This document shows, in pieces, positions 31,187-46,501 of a stretch of DNA of 64,000 bases. The DNA is from Gemmatimonadales bacterium (GTDB lineage Bacteria; Gemmatimonadota; Gemmatimonadetes; Gemmatimonadales; GWC2-71-9). The position numbers and the translations under genes are program-made. The DNA lies in NCBI GenBank assembly GCA_050733355.1, contig JBOHSY010000473.1, positions 1,095 through 65,094 of the forward strand, in the 5' to 3' direction. Below the pieces are notes generated by a model. The model saw nothing but the letters and a program-made list of their open reading frames with translations. It was not told where the DNA came from and ran no database searches. How positions within the stretch are numbered: position 1 is the first letter of the stretch; each line of letters opens with the position of its first letter.

Positions 31187-32236
31187 TCAGACCTGGAGCG
31201 GCAGCACCGACGGTTCCGGAAAGGCCGTGAGAAACGCCGTGACCACCGACTCGTCGAAATGGGTGCGGACGCAGCGGCGGAGCTCGTCGACCGCCTCCAC
31301 CGGCGTGAGGGAGGGCCGATAGGCGCGGTTGGTGGTCATCGCGTCGAACGCGTCCACCACCGCGACGATCCGCGCCTCGACCGGGATCTCGATGCCGCCG
31401 AGCCGGTCGGGGAAGCCCCTGCCGTCGATCCGCTCGTGGTGCGACCGGACGATGTGGAGCACGGCGGGAGACTCGCCCAGGAACGGCGCGAGGATCCGCT
31501 CGCCAAGTGTGGTGTGCACCTTGATGTGCTCGAACTCCTCCCCCGTGAGCGGGCCGGGCTTGTTCAGGATGGCCTCGCGGGTCCCGATCTTGCCGATGTC
31601 GTGCAGCTCGCCGCCCAGCCGGATCTGCTCGAGCGGTTCGCCGGCGAAGCCGAGATGGACGGCGGTTTTCACCGCGTAGCGGCTCACCCGGGCCGAGTGG
31701 CCGCTGGTGTAGGCGTCCTTGGCCTCCAGCGCGTGCACCAGCATTTGCACGCCGTTGATGAGCGATTGCTTGTTGCGGTGGTCGAGCTCGCGCACCTGGC
31801 TCTCGAGATGCTGCTGGTAGAACCGGTTCTGGAGAATGAGGTCCCGCTTCTCCAGGGCCTTCTGGACCCGCGCGCGCACCTCGTCGATCAGCACCGGCTT
31901 GGAGATGTAGTCCAGCGCACCGAGCTGGAGGCACTCGACCGCCGTGCCCACGTCGGCCACGCCGGTGAGCATGATGATGGCCATGTCCGGATAGAGCCGG
32001 AGCGCCTCGCGCAGGAAGGTGACGCCGTCCATCTCGGGCATGTAGATGTCCGAGATGCAGACCGGGATCTCGCCCTCCGCGCGCAGCAGCTCGAGCGCCT
32101 CGGTCCCCGACGCGGCTTCGGCACAGGCGAGTCCCTGCGCCGTGATGACGCGGGCCAGCGCGCCGCGTACCTGCGCGTCGTCGTCGACCACGAGGCACCG
32201 GGTGCCGGCCGCCGCGCGCATGGAGAGGGCAGTCAC
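31187..32236 (-). CDS. Response regulator with HD-GYP domain (RpfG-like c-di-GMP phosphodiesterase)
   Basis: REC (VVDDD, SDIYMPEMDG, LTG, SKP), then HD-GYP (HSARV...HDIGK...HHERIDGRGFP). Ends 5 nt before the glmM start. Start GTG 32236 or ATG 32221. Confidence 0.85.
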   Translation of the reverse strand: MTALSMRAAAGTRCLVVDDDAQVRGALARVITAQGLACAEAASGTEALELLRAEGEIPVCISDIYMPEMDGVTFLREALRLYPDMAIIMLTGVADVGTAVECLQLGALDYISKPVLIDEVRARVQKALEKRDLILQNRFYQQHLESQVRELDHRNKQSLINGVQMLVHALEAKDAYTSGHSARVSRYAVKTAVHLGFAGEPLEQIRLGGELHDIGKIGTREAILNKPGPLTGEEFEHIKVHTTLGERILAPFLGESPAVLHIVRSHHERIDGRGFPDRLGGIEIPVEARIVAVVDAFDAMTTNRAYRPSLTPVEAVDELRRCVRTHFDESVVTAFLTAFPEPSVLPLQV

Positions 32237-32352
32237 TCCGCGAAGCTATCGCTGCCCCGGGCAATCTTCAACCGGCGCTTGCCCGGAAGTGCCGGACGCC
32301 GTTACGCTTCCGCGACTTCCCGCAGTCCGGAGACCCGCCCTCGGCAGGGCCC

Positions 32353-33534
<1,182 letters not shown>

Positions 33535-33548
33535 ACTGCGTTCCCACC

Positions 33549-33575
33549 AAGGCGCGGAGGACGCGGAGAACAACC
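33549..33575. repeat. Solo purine-rich tandem array (GCGCGGAGGA-CGCGGAGAA)
   Basis: aaggcgcggaggacgcggagaacaacc resembles the cgcagaggcgcagggacgcggaggg segment of R9. No inverted partner nearby. Confidence 0.4.
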
Positions 33576-33650
33576 TTGAGTGCTGTTCAATCTGAAACAT
33601 GCCCCGATGCCGGCCCGTAGAGCCGGGCATACCCGAACCGTGAGCCGTCC

Positions 33651-34661
33651 ATGACCCTCCCCGCCACCCGACCCCGTCAGCGATTTCCGGAGATCGCCGC
33701 GGTCTCCTGGGAGCACCCGGCCGATCGCGCCGCGCTCCAATCGCTGCGAGCACTCCCCGGCTTCGATGAGGTCGTGCGCAAGGTCATCTCCTTCCTCGGC
33801 GGCGAGCGCGGCATCCGTCTGCTCTTCCAGGGCAACGCGGTGCGGGCGGGCGCGACCCAGTTTCCCAAGCTGTGGACCCTGCAGACCGAAGTCGGGCACA
33901 CTTTCGACTGGCCGCAAGTGCCGGAGCTCTACGTCTCGCAGACCCCCGTCTTCAACGCCGGCGCGTACGGCGTGGACGATCCGTTCATCGTGGTGCACTC
34001 GGCGGCGCTCGAGATGCTCGACGACGACGAGTTGCGTGTGCTGCTCGCCCATGAAATGGGCCACGTCGTGAGCGGCCACGCGCTGTACCGGACGATCGCC
34101 GAGATCCTCCTGAGCGTCGGCCTCTCGGCACTCCCCATTCTCGCCGGAATCGCGCTTTTCCCGATCCGATTGGCCATTCTCGAGTGGGCGCGCAAGGCCG
34201 AGCTCTCCGCCGACCGCGCCGGGCTCCTCGGCTCGCAGGACGTGCTCGCGGCGCAGCGGCTGTTCATGAAGATGGCGGGCGGGACACGGGGGCAGTTCAA
34301 TCGCGGCGAGATGAGTCTCGACGCCTTCATGTCGCAGGCCAACGAGTATCTCGGCGCACGCGAAGGGTTCGACGCGATCTACAAGATCCTGAACACGCTC
34401 GCGCTCACCCACCCGATGCACACGATCCGCGCGGCCGAACTCCAGCAGTGGGTCGCGGGCGGCGAGTACGACCGGATCTTGCGGGGCGAGTACACCCGGC
34501 GGGGCGTCGAGGAGCAGGCCCGCCCGCTGGGCGACGACATGGCCGCCGCCGGATCGTACTACGTCGCCGAGGCACGCGAGTTCGCGTCGGCGGTAGCCGA
34601 CGCCGCGAAGCGCGCCGCCGAGCGGGCCGCCGAGGCGTTCCGCGCCGCCCAGCGGCGGTGA
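33651..34661 (+). CDS. M48-family zinc metallopeptidase
   Basis: HEMGHVVSGH (HExxH) followed by hydrophobic helices and a downstream Glu ligand region. Confidence 0.8.
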   Translation: MTLPATRPRQRFPEIAAVSWEHPADRAALQSLRALPGFDEVVRKVISFLGGERGIRLLFQGNAVRAGATQFPKLWTLQTEVGHTFDWPQVPELYVSQTPVFNAGAYGVDDPFIVVHSAALEMLDDDELRVLLAHEMGHVVSGHALYRTIAEILLSVGLSALPILAGIALFPIRLAILEWARKAELSADRAGLLGSQDVLAAQRLFMKMAGGTRGQFNRGEMSLDAFMSQANEYLGAREGFDAIYKILNTLALTHPMHTIRAAELQQWVAGGEYDRILRGEYTRRGVEEQARPLGDDMAAAGSYYVAEAREFASAVADAAKRAAERAAEAFRAAQRR

Positions 34662-34663
34662 GA

Positions 34664-35947
34664 ATGCTGGTCGTCGGGAGCGGAGGGCGGGAGCACGCGC
34701 TCTGCCACGCCCTCCGCCGCGAGAATCCCGACGCCGCGATCCACTGCGCTCCCGGCAATCCCGGCATCGGCGCACTCGCCCACACACTCGCCATCCCACC
34801 CGACGACATCGACCGCATCACCGATGCGGCCGACATGCTGGGCATCGACCTGGTGGTGATCGGGCCGGAGGCGCCGCTGGCCGCCGGCCTCGCCGACCGG
34901 TTGCGGGCCGAGGGCCGCGCGGTCGTAGGACCGAATGCCGCGGCGGCGCAGCTCGAGGCGTCGAAGGCGTTCGCCAAGGAGGTCATGACCGCCGCCGGGG
35001 TGCCCACGGCCGCGAGCGCCACGTTCACGGACCTGCGCGCGGCGCTGGCCTACGTCGCCGCGCACGCCGAGCCGCTCGTGGTGAAGGCGTCCGGGCTCGC
35101 CGCGGGCAAAGGCGCGATCGTCTGCGCCACCCGCGGCGACGCCACCGCGGCGGTACGCGCGATGCTGGGTGAGGGCAGGTTCGGCGACGCCGGGCGGGTA
35201 GTGGTCATCGAAGCATTCCTCGCGGGGGAGGAGCTCTCGGTACTCGCGCTGACCAACGGCGAGGAGATCGAGCTCCTGCCCGCGGCGCAGGATCACAAGC
35301 GGCTGCTGGAGGGCGACCACGGGCCGAACACGGGCGGCATGGGCGCGTACAGCCCCGTCACCCTTGCTACCCCCGAGCTGCTGGACCGCGCCAGGCGCGA
35401 GGTGTGCCTCCCGGTGCTCGGGGAACTGCGCCGGCGTGACCTCCCGTTTTCGGGCGTGCTGTACGCCGGGCTGATGGTGGATCCCGCCGGCAACCTCTCG
35501 GTGGTCGAGTTCAACTGCCGGCTCGGTGACCCCGAGTCCCAGGCGGTGCTGCCGCTCGTGAAGGCGGGACTCACCGACGCGTTCTGGCGGATCGCCCACG
35601 GCGACGCGCCGTCCCGCCTTCGCATCGCCGGAGGCGCGGCGGTCACCACCGTGCTTGCGGCGCGCGGGTATCCGGACCAGCCGGAGAAGGGCGCCGCCAT
35701 TCGCATCCCGCCCGATCTCCCGGCCGGCGTCGCGGTGTACCACGCCGGCACCGCCCGCGACGGCCAGGGTACGCTCCGCGTCGCCGGAGGCCGGGTACTC
35801 GCGGTGACGGCGGCGGCCGCGACGTTCGTCGAGGCGCAGGCTCTGAGCCGCGAAGCGGCCGAGCGGATTGCGTTCGAGGGCAAGCAGTTCCGGCGTGACA
35901 TCGGCTGGCGCGAGGCGCAGCGCACGGAGACCGCGGAGCGCCGCTGA
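34664..35947 (+). CDS. purD: Phosphoribosylamine--glycine ligase
   Basis: Start ATG 34664 (MLVVGSGGREHAL). ATP-grasp motifs; GPNTGGMGAYSP. Confidence 0.95.
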   Translation: MLVVGSGGREHALCHALRRENPDAAIHCAPGNPGIGALAHTLAIPPDDIDRITDAADMLGIDLVVIGPEAPLAAGLADRLRAEGRAVVGPNAAAAQLEASKAFAKEVMTAAGVPTAASATFTDLRAALAYVAAHAEPLVVKASGLAAGKGAIVCATRGDATAAVRAMLGEGRFGDAGRVVVIEAFLAGEELSVLALTNGEEIELLPAAQDHKRLLEGDHGPNTGGMGAYSPVTLATPELLDRARREVCLPVLGELRRRDLPFSGVLYAGLMVDPAGNLSVVEFNCRLGDPESQAVLPLVKAGLTDAFWRIAHGDAPSRLRIAGGAAVTTVLAARGYPDQPEKGAAIRIPPDLPAGVAVYHAGTARDGQGTLRVAGGRVLAVTAAAATFVEAQALSREAAERIAFEGKQFRRDIGWREAQRTETAERR

Positions 35948-35991
35948 GCCGCCGGAGGGAACCCCCGGGCGGAGACCCTCGTTGACGCGGC

Positions 35992-37395
35992 ATGCTGGAT
36001 ACGGGCCGCCGCACGGCGCTGCTGATGGTGGGAGCACTCGCCGGGCTGCCACCGGATGCGTCGGCGCAGCAGCCCGTCCTCCCTCCCCGTCCCCCGTTCC
36101 ACGCGCTTCCATCCGACGACGACTGGAGCGCCCTGCGCGATCCGCGACTCCGCACCGAGTGGTGGGACCGCCTCAAGTACGTGCCGCTCGCAGGCTCGGG
36201 CCGGGTCTGGCTCAGCCTGGGCGGCGACGCGCGGGTGCGCTACGAAGCCTTCCGCAACCCGCTGTTCGGGGCGGACCCACCCGACCGCGGAGGATACCTG
36301 CTCCAGCGGTACCGGCTCCACGCCGACTTCCGGATCGGGGGCCGGGTCCGCACGTACCTGGAGGTCCAGAGCGCGCTCGAGTCCGGACGCACCGGCGGAC
36401 CGCGGGCGCTGGACGAGAACCAGCTGGATCTCCATCAGGCATTCGTCGACGTGGCGCTCGATCGCGACGCCGACGTCGTGGTCCGTCTGGGACGGCACGA
36501 GCTCGAGTTCGGCTCCTCCCGCCTCGTGTCCGCGCGCGAGATGGTCAACGTCCGGCAGAGCTTTTGGGGCGCTCGCGTGCTCGCGCGGGGCACGACCTGG
36601 CGCGGGTCGGCCTGGCTCGTGCGGCCGCTGACCATCGAGCGTGGCGCACTCGACGACTCGCCCGACCCGGCACGCACGCTGTGGGGACTGTCGTGGGTCC
36701 GTAACGGGCCGGCCGGAGCGCACGCGGCGCTCTATTACGTCGGGCTCGAGCGGACGGACGCCAGGTTCGACCAGGGAACCGCGGACGAGTTGCGGCACAT
36801 AGTGGGTGCCCGGATATGGGGGCGGCGCGGCGCCTGGGACTTCAACGTCGAGGCCGGCGTTCAGGCTGGCCGGTTCGGCGCGGGGCGGATCCGCGCCTGG
36901 GATGCCGCGACGGACAATGGGCTCACGCTGGAGCAGCTCCCGCTCGCCCCGCGGATCGGGCTCCGGGCCGATGCGACCAGCGGCGATCGGGATCCGGGAA
37001 ATCCCGACCTCGAGACGTTCAACCCGCTCTTTCCGAACACCGCCTACTCCGGGCTGTCGGGACTCGTCGGTCCCGCCAACTCGCTCGACCTGGTGCCATC
37101 CGTGAGGCTCTCACTTGCCCCGAGGCTGGCCTTGACCGGCGGGCTCGCGTTCTTCTGGCGCACCAGCGTCCGGGACGGGCTGTACGGCATTACGGTTGTG
37201 CCGGTGCGCACCGGGGGCGGGAGCCGGGCCCGTTTCGTCGGACGCCAGACCACGCTCGAGCTCGTCTGGCGTCCGGACCATCACCTGACGTACTCGGCCA
37301 CGCTCACCGCGTTCGCCACCGGCCGGTATCTGCGCGAGACGCCGCCCGGCGAGAGCGTCCGCTATGTCCAGAGCTGGGTGAGCTACCGATTCTGA
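35992..37395 (+). CDS. Outer-membrane porin, alginate-export (AlgE-like) family
   Basis: Signal-like N-terminus ending ASAQQ. Long alternating beta-strand sequence ending ...SWVSYRF. Family call is from sequence resemblance only. Confidence 0.7.
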   Translation: MLDTGRRTALLMVGALAGLPPDASAQQPVLPPRPPFHALPSDDDWSALRDPRLRTEWWDRLKYVPLAGSGRVWLSLGGDARVRYEAFRNPLFGADPPDRGGYLLQRYRLHADFRIGGRVRTYLEVQSALESGRTGGPRALDENQLDLHQAFVDVALDRDADVVVRLGRHELEFGSSRLVSAREMVNVRQSFWGARVLARGTTWRGSAWLVRPLTIERGALDDSPDPARTLWGLSWVRNGPAGAHAALYYVGLERTDARFDQGTADELRHIVGARIWGRRGAWDFNVEAGVQAGRFGAGRIRAWDAATDNGLTLEQLPLAPRIGLRADATSGDRDPGNPDLETFNPLFPNTAYSGLSGLVGPANSLDLVPSVRLSLAPRLALTGGLAFFWRTSVRDGLYGITVVPVRTGGGSRARFVGRQTTLELVWRPDHHLTYSATLTAFATGRYLRETPPGESVRYVQSWVSYRF

Positions 37396-37443
37396 CCCCG
37401 GCTGGCGCGCTCGGAGGCGGCCCGGTATCGTAGGCCTCTATCC

Positions 37444-43812
<6,369 letters not shown>

Positions 43813-43814
43813 CG

Positions 43815-43877
43815 ACTCCCAACGGGATCCCACGCCGGCTATGAAACTCCCAATACATTGGGAATGAGTTTGGGAAT
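43815..43877. promoter_or_regulatory. Candidate upstream activator sequences (four ACTCCCAA / TTGGGAAT half-sites)
   Basis: actcccaac (43815-43823). Near-perfect palindrome actcccaat-ac-attgggaat (43846-43865). tttgggaat (43869-43877). Located ~85-150 nt upstream of the -24 element. Confidence 0.4.
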
Positions 43878-43921
43878 CGGCTGTTTACCTCTCGAGTTGC
43901 CCCGGTAGCAAACCACTCTCG

Positions 43922-43933
43922 ATCAACTACTTA
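43922..43933 (+). promoter_or_regulatory. IHF-like site
   Basis: ATCAActacTTA matches the ATCAANNNNTTR core, in the AT-richer stretch between the half-sites and the -24/-12 element. Confidence 0.3.
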
Positions 43934-43961
43934 CACTACCACAGCGCGGGTCAGCGGCAAC

Positions 43962-43977
43962 TGGCATGCGGACTGCT
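43962..43977 (+). promoter_or_regulatory. Sigma54 (-24/-12) promoter
   Basis: cTGGCATgcggaCTGCTt versus consensus TGGCAC-N5-TTGCW. GG (43963-64) and GC (43975-76) are separated by exactly 10 nt. GGGAG RBS at 44002-44006 and ATG at 44010 follow. Confidence 0.6.
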
Positions 43978-44009
43978 TTTCCTTGGCGCCGAAACCACGG
44001 ACGGGAGTC

Positions 44010-44276
44010 ATGCTCAGACTGACCCGGCTCGCTGTCGAGCCCGCACTCATCCGACTCAAAGTCGAGGGCGCCGTGACCCGGAGGTCGGCGGCGGTGCTGG
44101 AACAGGAACTGGCCGACGCCCTGAGTGGCGCGTCCCGGATCCAGCTCGACTTCCAGGGCGTGTCCTACATCGACGGTTCCGGCGTGGAGGTGCTCCGCCG
44201 TCTCCCGCCGCACCGAATCGAGATCGTGAACTGCACCCCCCTCATCGGGCAGTTGCTGAGCAAGGAGCTCGCATGA
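44010..44276 (+). CDS. STAS-domain protein (anti-sigma-factor-antagonist-like)
   Basis: 88 aa from ATG 44010 (RBS gggag 3 nt upstream; TTG 43983 alternative). ...IQLDFQGVSYIDGSGVEVL... resembles the SpoIIAA/RsbV core. Stop overlaps the next ATG (ATGA). Confidence 0.75.
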   Translation: MLRLTRLAVEPALIRLKVEGAVTRRSAAVLEQELADALSGASRIQLDFQGVSYIDGSGVEVLRRLPPHRIEIVNCTPLIGQLLSKELA

Positions 44277-44854
44277 CGCCCTTCACATCGGACGACCGGG
44301 CGCACGAATTCGAGGAGCTGCTTCGCCCCGTCCTGGACGCCGCCTACCGTGCGGCCTACTACCTGTCGCGCAACCGGTCCGACGCCGACGACCTCGTCCA
44401 GGAGGCGGCGCTCCTGGCCTGGCGCAGCTTCGACAGCTTCGAGCGGGGGACGAACTTCCGAGCCTGGTTCCACCGCATCCTGACCAACGTCTTCCTGACC
44501 CGCTGTCGCAGCGCGCGGCGCCACCCCACGGTGCCGCTCGACGCCGACGCCGACGACGGCAGCGACCGGACGCTCGCGGATGCGCGCGGGGCGACCGGCA
44601 GCGCCGATCCGGCGTCGGCGATCCTCTCCGGGCTTGCCCTCGAGGACGTCAGGGCCGCGCTCGAATCGCTGCCGGTCGAATACCGTACGGTGGCCGTGCT
44701 GTACTTCGTCGACGACCTCTCCTACGAACAGATTGCCACGGCGCTGGATTGCCCGGTGGGAACCGTGCGCTCCCGGCTTCACCGCGGCCGGCGCATGCTC
44801 TGGCAGCGCCTGCGGGACACTGCGAAGGACTTCGGGATCCGCGCCGCCGGGTGA
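44273..44854 (+). CDS. ECF-type RNA polymerase sigma factor
   Basis: Region 2 DADDLVQEAALLAWRSFDSF...FRAWFHRILTN. Region 4 LPVEYRTVAVLYFVDDLSYEQIATALDCPVGTVRSRLHRGR. Confidence 0.9.
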   Translation: MTPFTSDDRAHEFEELLRPVLDAAYRAAYYLSRNRSDADDLVQEAALLAWRSFDSFERGTNFRAWFHRILTNVFLTRCRSARRHPTVPLDADADDGSDRTLADARGATGSADPASAILSGLALEDVRAALESLPVEYRTVAVLYFVDDLSYEQIATALDCPVGTVRSRLHRGRRMLWQRLRDTAKDFGIRAAG

Positions 44855-44928
44855 CCTCCGATCGCCTCCTCCCAGCCGCGTTGGAATGCCCGGAACCCGG
44901 GCGCGCGACGCGGCGTTATCGGCCTGAA

Positions 44929-45194
44929 TCTCACGGGCAGTTCCTCTGCGCCCGTGAGGCAGTGCCCGAGTTCCAGCGCCGCGGCGTCCGCCCCGAGGTA
45001 TCCTGCGCGGCCGGCAAGATCGTCTGGGTGAGCTCGGTGCACGAGGTGATCGTGGCAAGCGCATCGGCGAGCCGGAGGATATCGGCCGGGCGGTCGTATG
45101 GATGGCGTCCGACGAGTCCGATTACGTGACCGGAGCCAGTCTCTACGTGGACGGCGGGATGACGCTCTACCCCGGCTTCGCCACCGGGGGCTGA
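44929..45194 (+). pseudogene. Relic of a glucose-1-dehydrogenase-like short-chain dehydrogenase (N-terminally truncated, internally deleted, frame-shifted)
   Basis: Frame 1: [13 protein letters not shown]...[13 protein letters not shown] (~44935-45055). Frame 0: [47 protein letters not shown] (45063-45194). No Rossmann TGxxxGxG part, no start codon, and the ~75 aa between the two pieces (including the catalytic YxxxK) are missing. Confidence 0.6.
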
Positions 45195-45220
45195 GCCCGG
45201 CATCCCGGGGAGAGCGGACC

Positions 45221-45586
45221 ATGCTGGGCCTGATTGGGGCGGCGCTGGACCGGCTGGCCACGGCGGTGGATCTGATCACCGGCCTGGTGGTGGCGTTCGC
45301 CGTCGCCGAGGCGGTGACCCACGGCCTTCGCCTGTCGCTCCCGTCTAAACGATGGGCCCACGGCGGTCGCGACGAGATCCGGCTCCGGCTCGGTTCATGG
45401 CTCGCGCTCGCGCTCGAGTTCGCCCTTGCCTCCGACATCATCCGGACCGCACTGGCGCCGAGCTGGGACGACATCGGCAAGCTCGCCGCGATCGTGGCGC
45501 TCCGAACGGTGCTGAACTACTTCCTCGGCCGGGAGCTAGTCGCGGGTGCCCGCCTCGTTCCCGAGGTCCGGCGTGAGGCTGCCTAG
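45221..45586 (+). CDS. DUF1622-like small membrane protein
   Basis: ATG 45221 (MLGLIGAALDRLATAVDLITGLVVAF...). Hydrophobic helices. Confidence 0.7.
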   Translation: MLGLIGAALDRLATAVDLITGLVVAFAVAEAVTHGLRLSLPSKRWAHGGRDEIRLRLGSWLALALEFALASDIIRTALAPSWDDIGKLAAIVALRTVLNYFLGRELVAGARLVPEVRREAA

Positions 45587-45773
45587 CGTTCCCGAGCTCG
45601 CCGCTGCCGCCCAGCTCCTGGCAGCCGCGGTCATGGTGGGTCACCTGGCTGCTGCGCTGGCCGCCGCCCGCCGGCAGAACCTCACTGGTGCGCGGGTCAC
45701 CGCCGTCGAGGGCATCGTCGCCGGCCTCGGCATCATGACGGCCGCCACCATCGTTCGCACGCTCGCGCTGTGA
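45546..45773 (+). CDS. Possible small two-helix membrane protein
   Basis: 75-codon ORF overlapping the previous gene's end, with two hydrophobic stretches. No other support. Confidence 0.3.
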   Translation: MPASFPRSGVRLPSVPELAAAAQLLAAAVMVGHLAAALAAARRQNLTGARVTAVEGIVAGLGIMTAATIVRTLAL

Positions 45774-46020
45774 ACCTGGCCGCAGATCGCGATGCTCGCG
45801 GCGATCCTGGGGCCCTCCGCATCGCCGTGAAGCGAGCCGTGACCCTTGAACGCGCCGGACTGTGCGACCGACCCCCCCGCCAACGTCCTAGTCGTGTGGG
45901 GGATGGCTCGCCCTACCGCGGCCTGCCCGCGGCCGCGTCCGCCCCCCGTATGGACGGGCTCGCCTCGCGGCGACGGTTGTCCCGCTGCGTCCCGTTCGTC
46001 CGTCCGACGTGAGGCACCCG

Positions 46021-46476
46021 ATGTCCACCTCTGCTCCGTTCGACCCCCTTCGCAGGGTTGCCGCGCTGATGCTCGTCTTCGCCACCGCCTGCGGCGGTGA
46101 CAGTTCCGGCCCCGCCGGCGGCAACAACAACAACCAGCCTCCGCCGGCCCAACAGGCGAACGACATCAGCATCGACGAGGGTGCGTCGAGCCTCACGGTC
46201 GACGCGTTCAACCCGAGCCCCAAGCCCGTCTCGCTCGGCGGGGGCGGGAACGTGTCCGTCCGGTGGGTCAACCGCGACATCACCGGCGGCGATTACCAGT
46301 CCGGTACGGCCACGGTCCACAGGATCGAGGCCACGAACCCCGCGGGCGCCTTTCCGCCCTCCGGAAACCTGGGCGGGAACCAGACGCACACCGTCAGCTT
46401 CACGGCGCAGGGCACCTACGACTATCACTGCTCGGTCCATCCGAACATGGTGGGCACCATCGTGGTGAATCCGTAG
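46021..46476 (+). CDS. Cupredoxin (type-1 blue copper) lipoprotein
   Basis: Lipobox FATAC. C-terminal copper-ligand motif YHCSVHPNM (Cys-x2-His-x2-Met) with an upstream His. Confidence 0.8.
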   Translation: MSTSAPFDPLRRVAALMLVFATACGGDSSGPAGGNNNNQPPPAQQANDISIDEGASSLTVDAFNPSPKPVSLGGGGNVSVRWVNRDITGGDYQSGTATVHRIEATNPAGAFPPSGNLGGNQTHTVSFTAQGTYDYHCSVHPNMVGTIVVNP

Positions 46477-46501
46477 CGCTTCGGATACCTTTCGGGCCGC
46501 G

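Noticed and set aside
29793-32264. 823-aa ORF fusing GlmM to an upstream extension
   Set aside because: The extension is an alternative frame of the REC-HD-GYP gene. GlmM homology starts at ATG 31181 (MSATLMISVSGMRG).
44273-44854. ECF sigma of the Ser/Thr-kinase-phosphorylated type (activity dependent on sigma-2 phosphorylation)
   Set aside because: This was attractive because of the adjacent kinase-like protein. However, the sigma-2 acidic segment DADDLVQEA is conventional. I cannot assign the ECF group without an HMM search, so this is kept only as a caveat.
45774-46020. Possible further gene relic between the DUF1622 gene and the cupredoxin gene
   Set aside because: Short ORFs exist on both strands (45770..46012 +, 45641..45883 -), but I could not recognise any family motif. 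Left unannotated.
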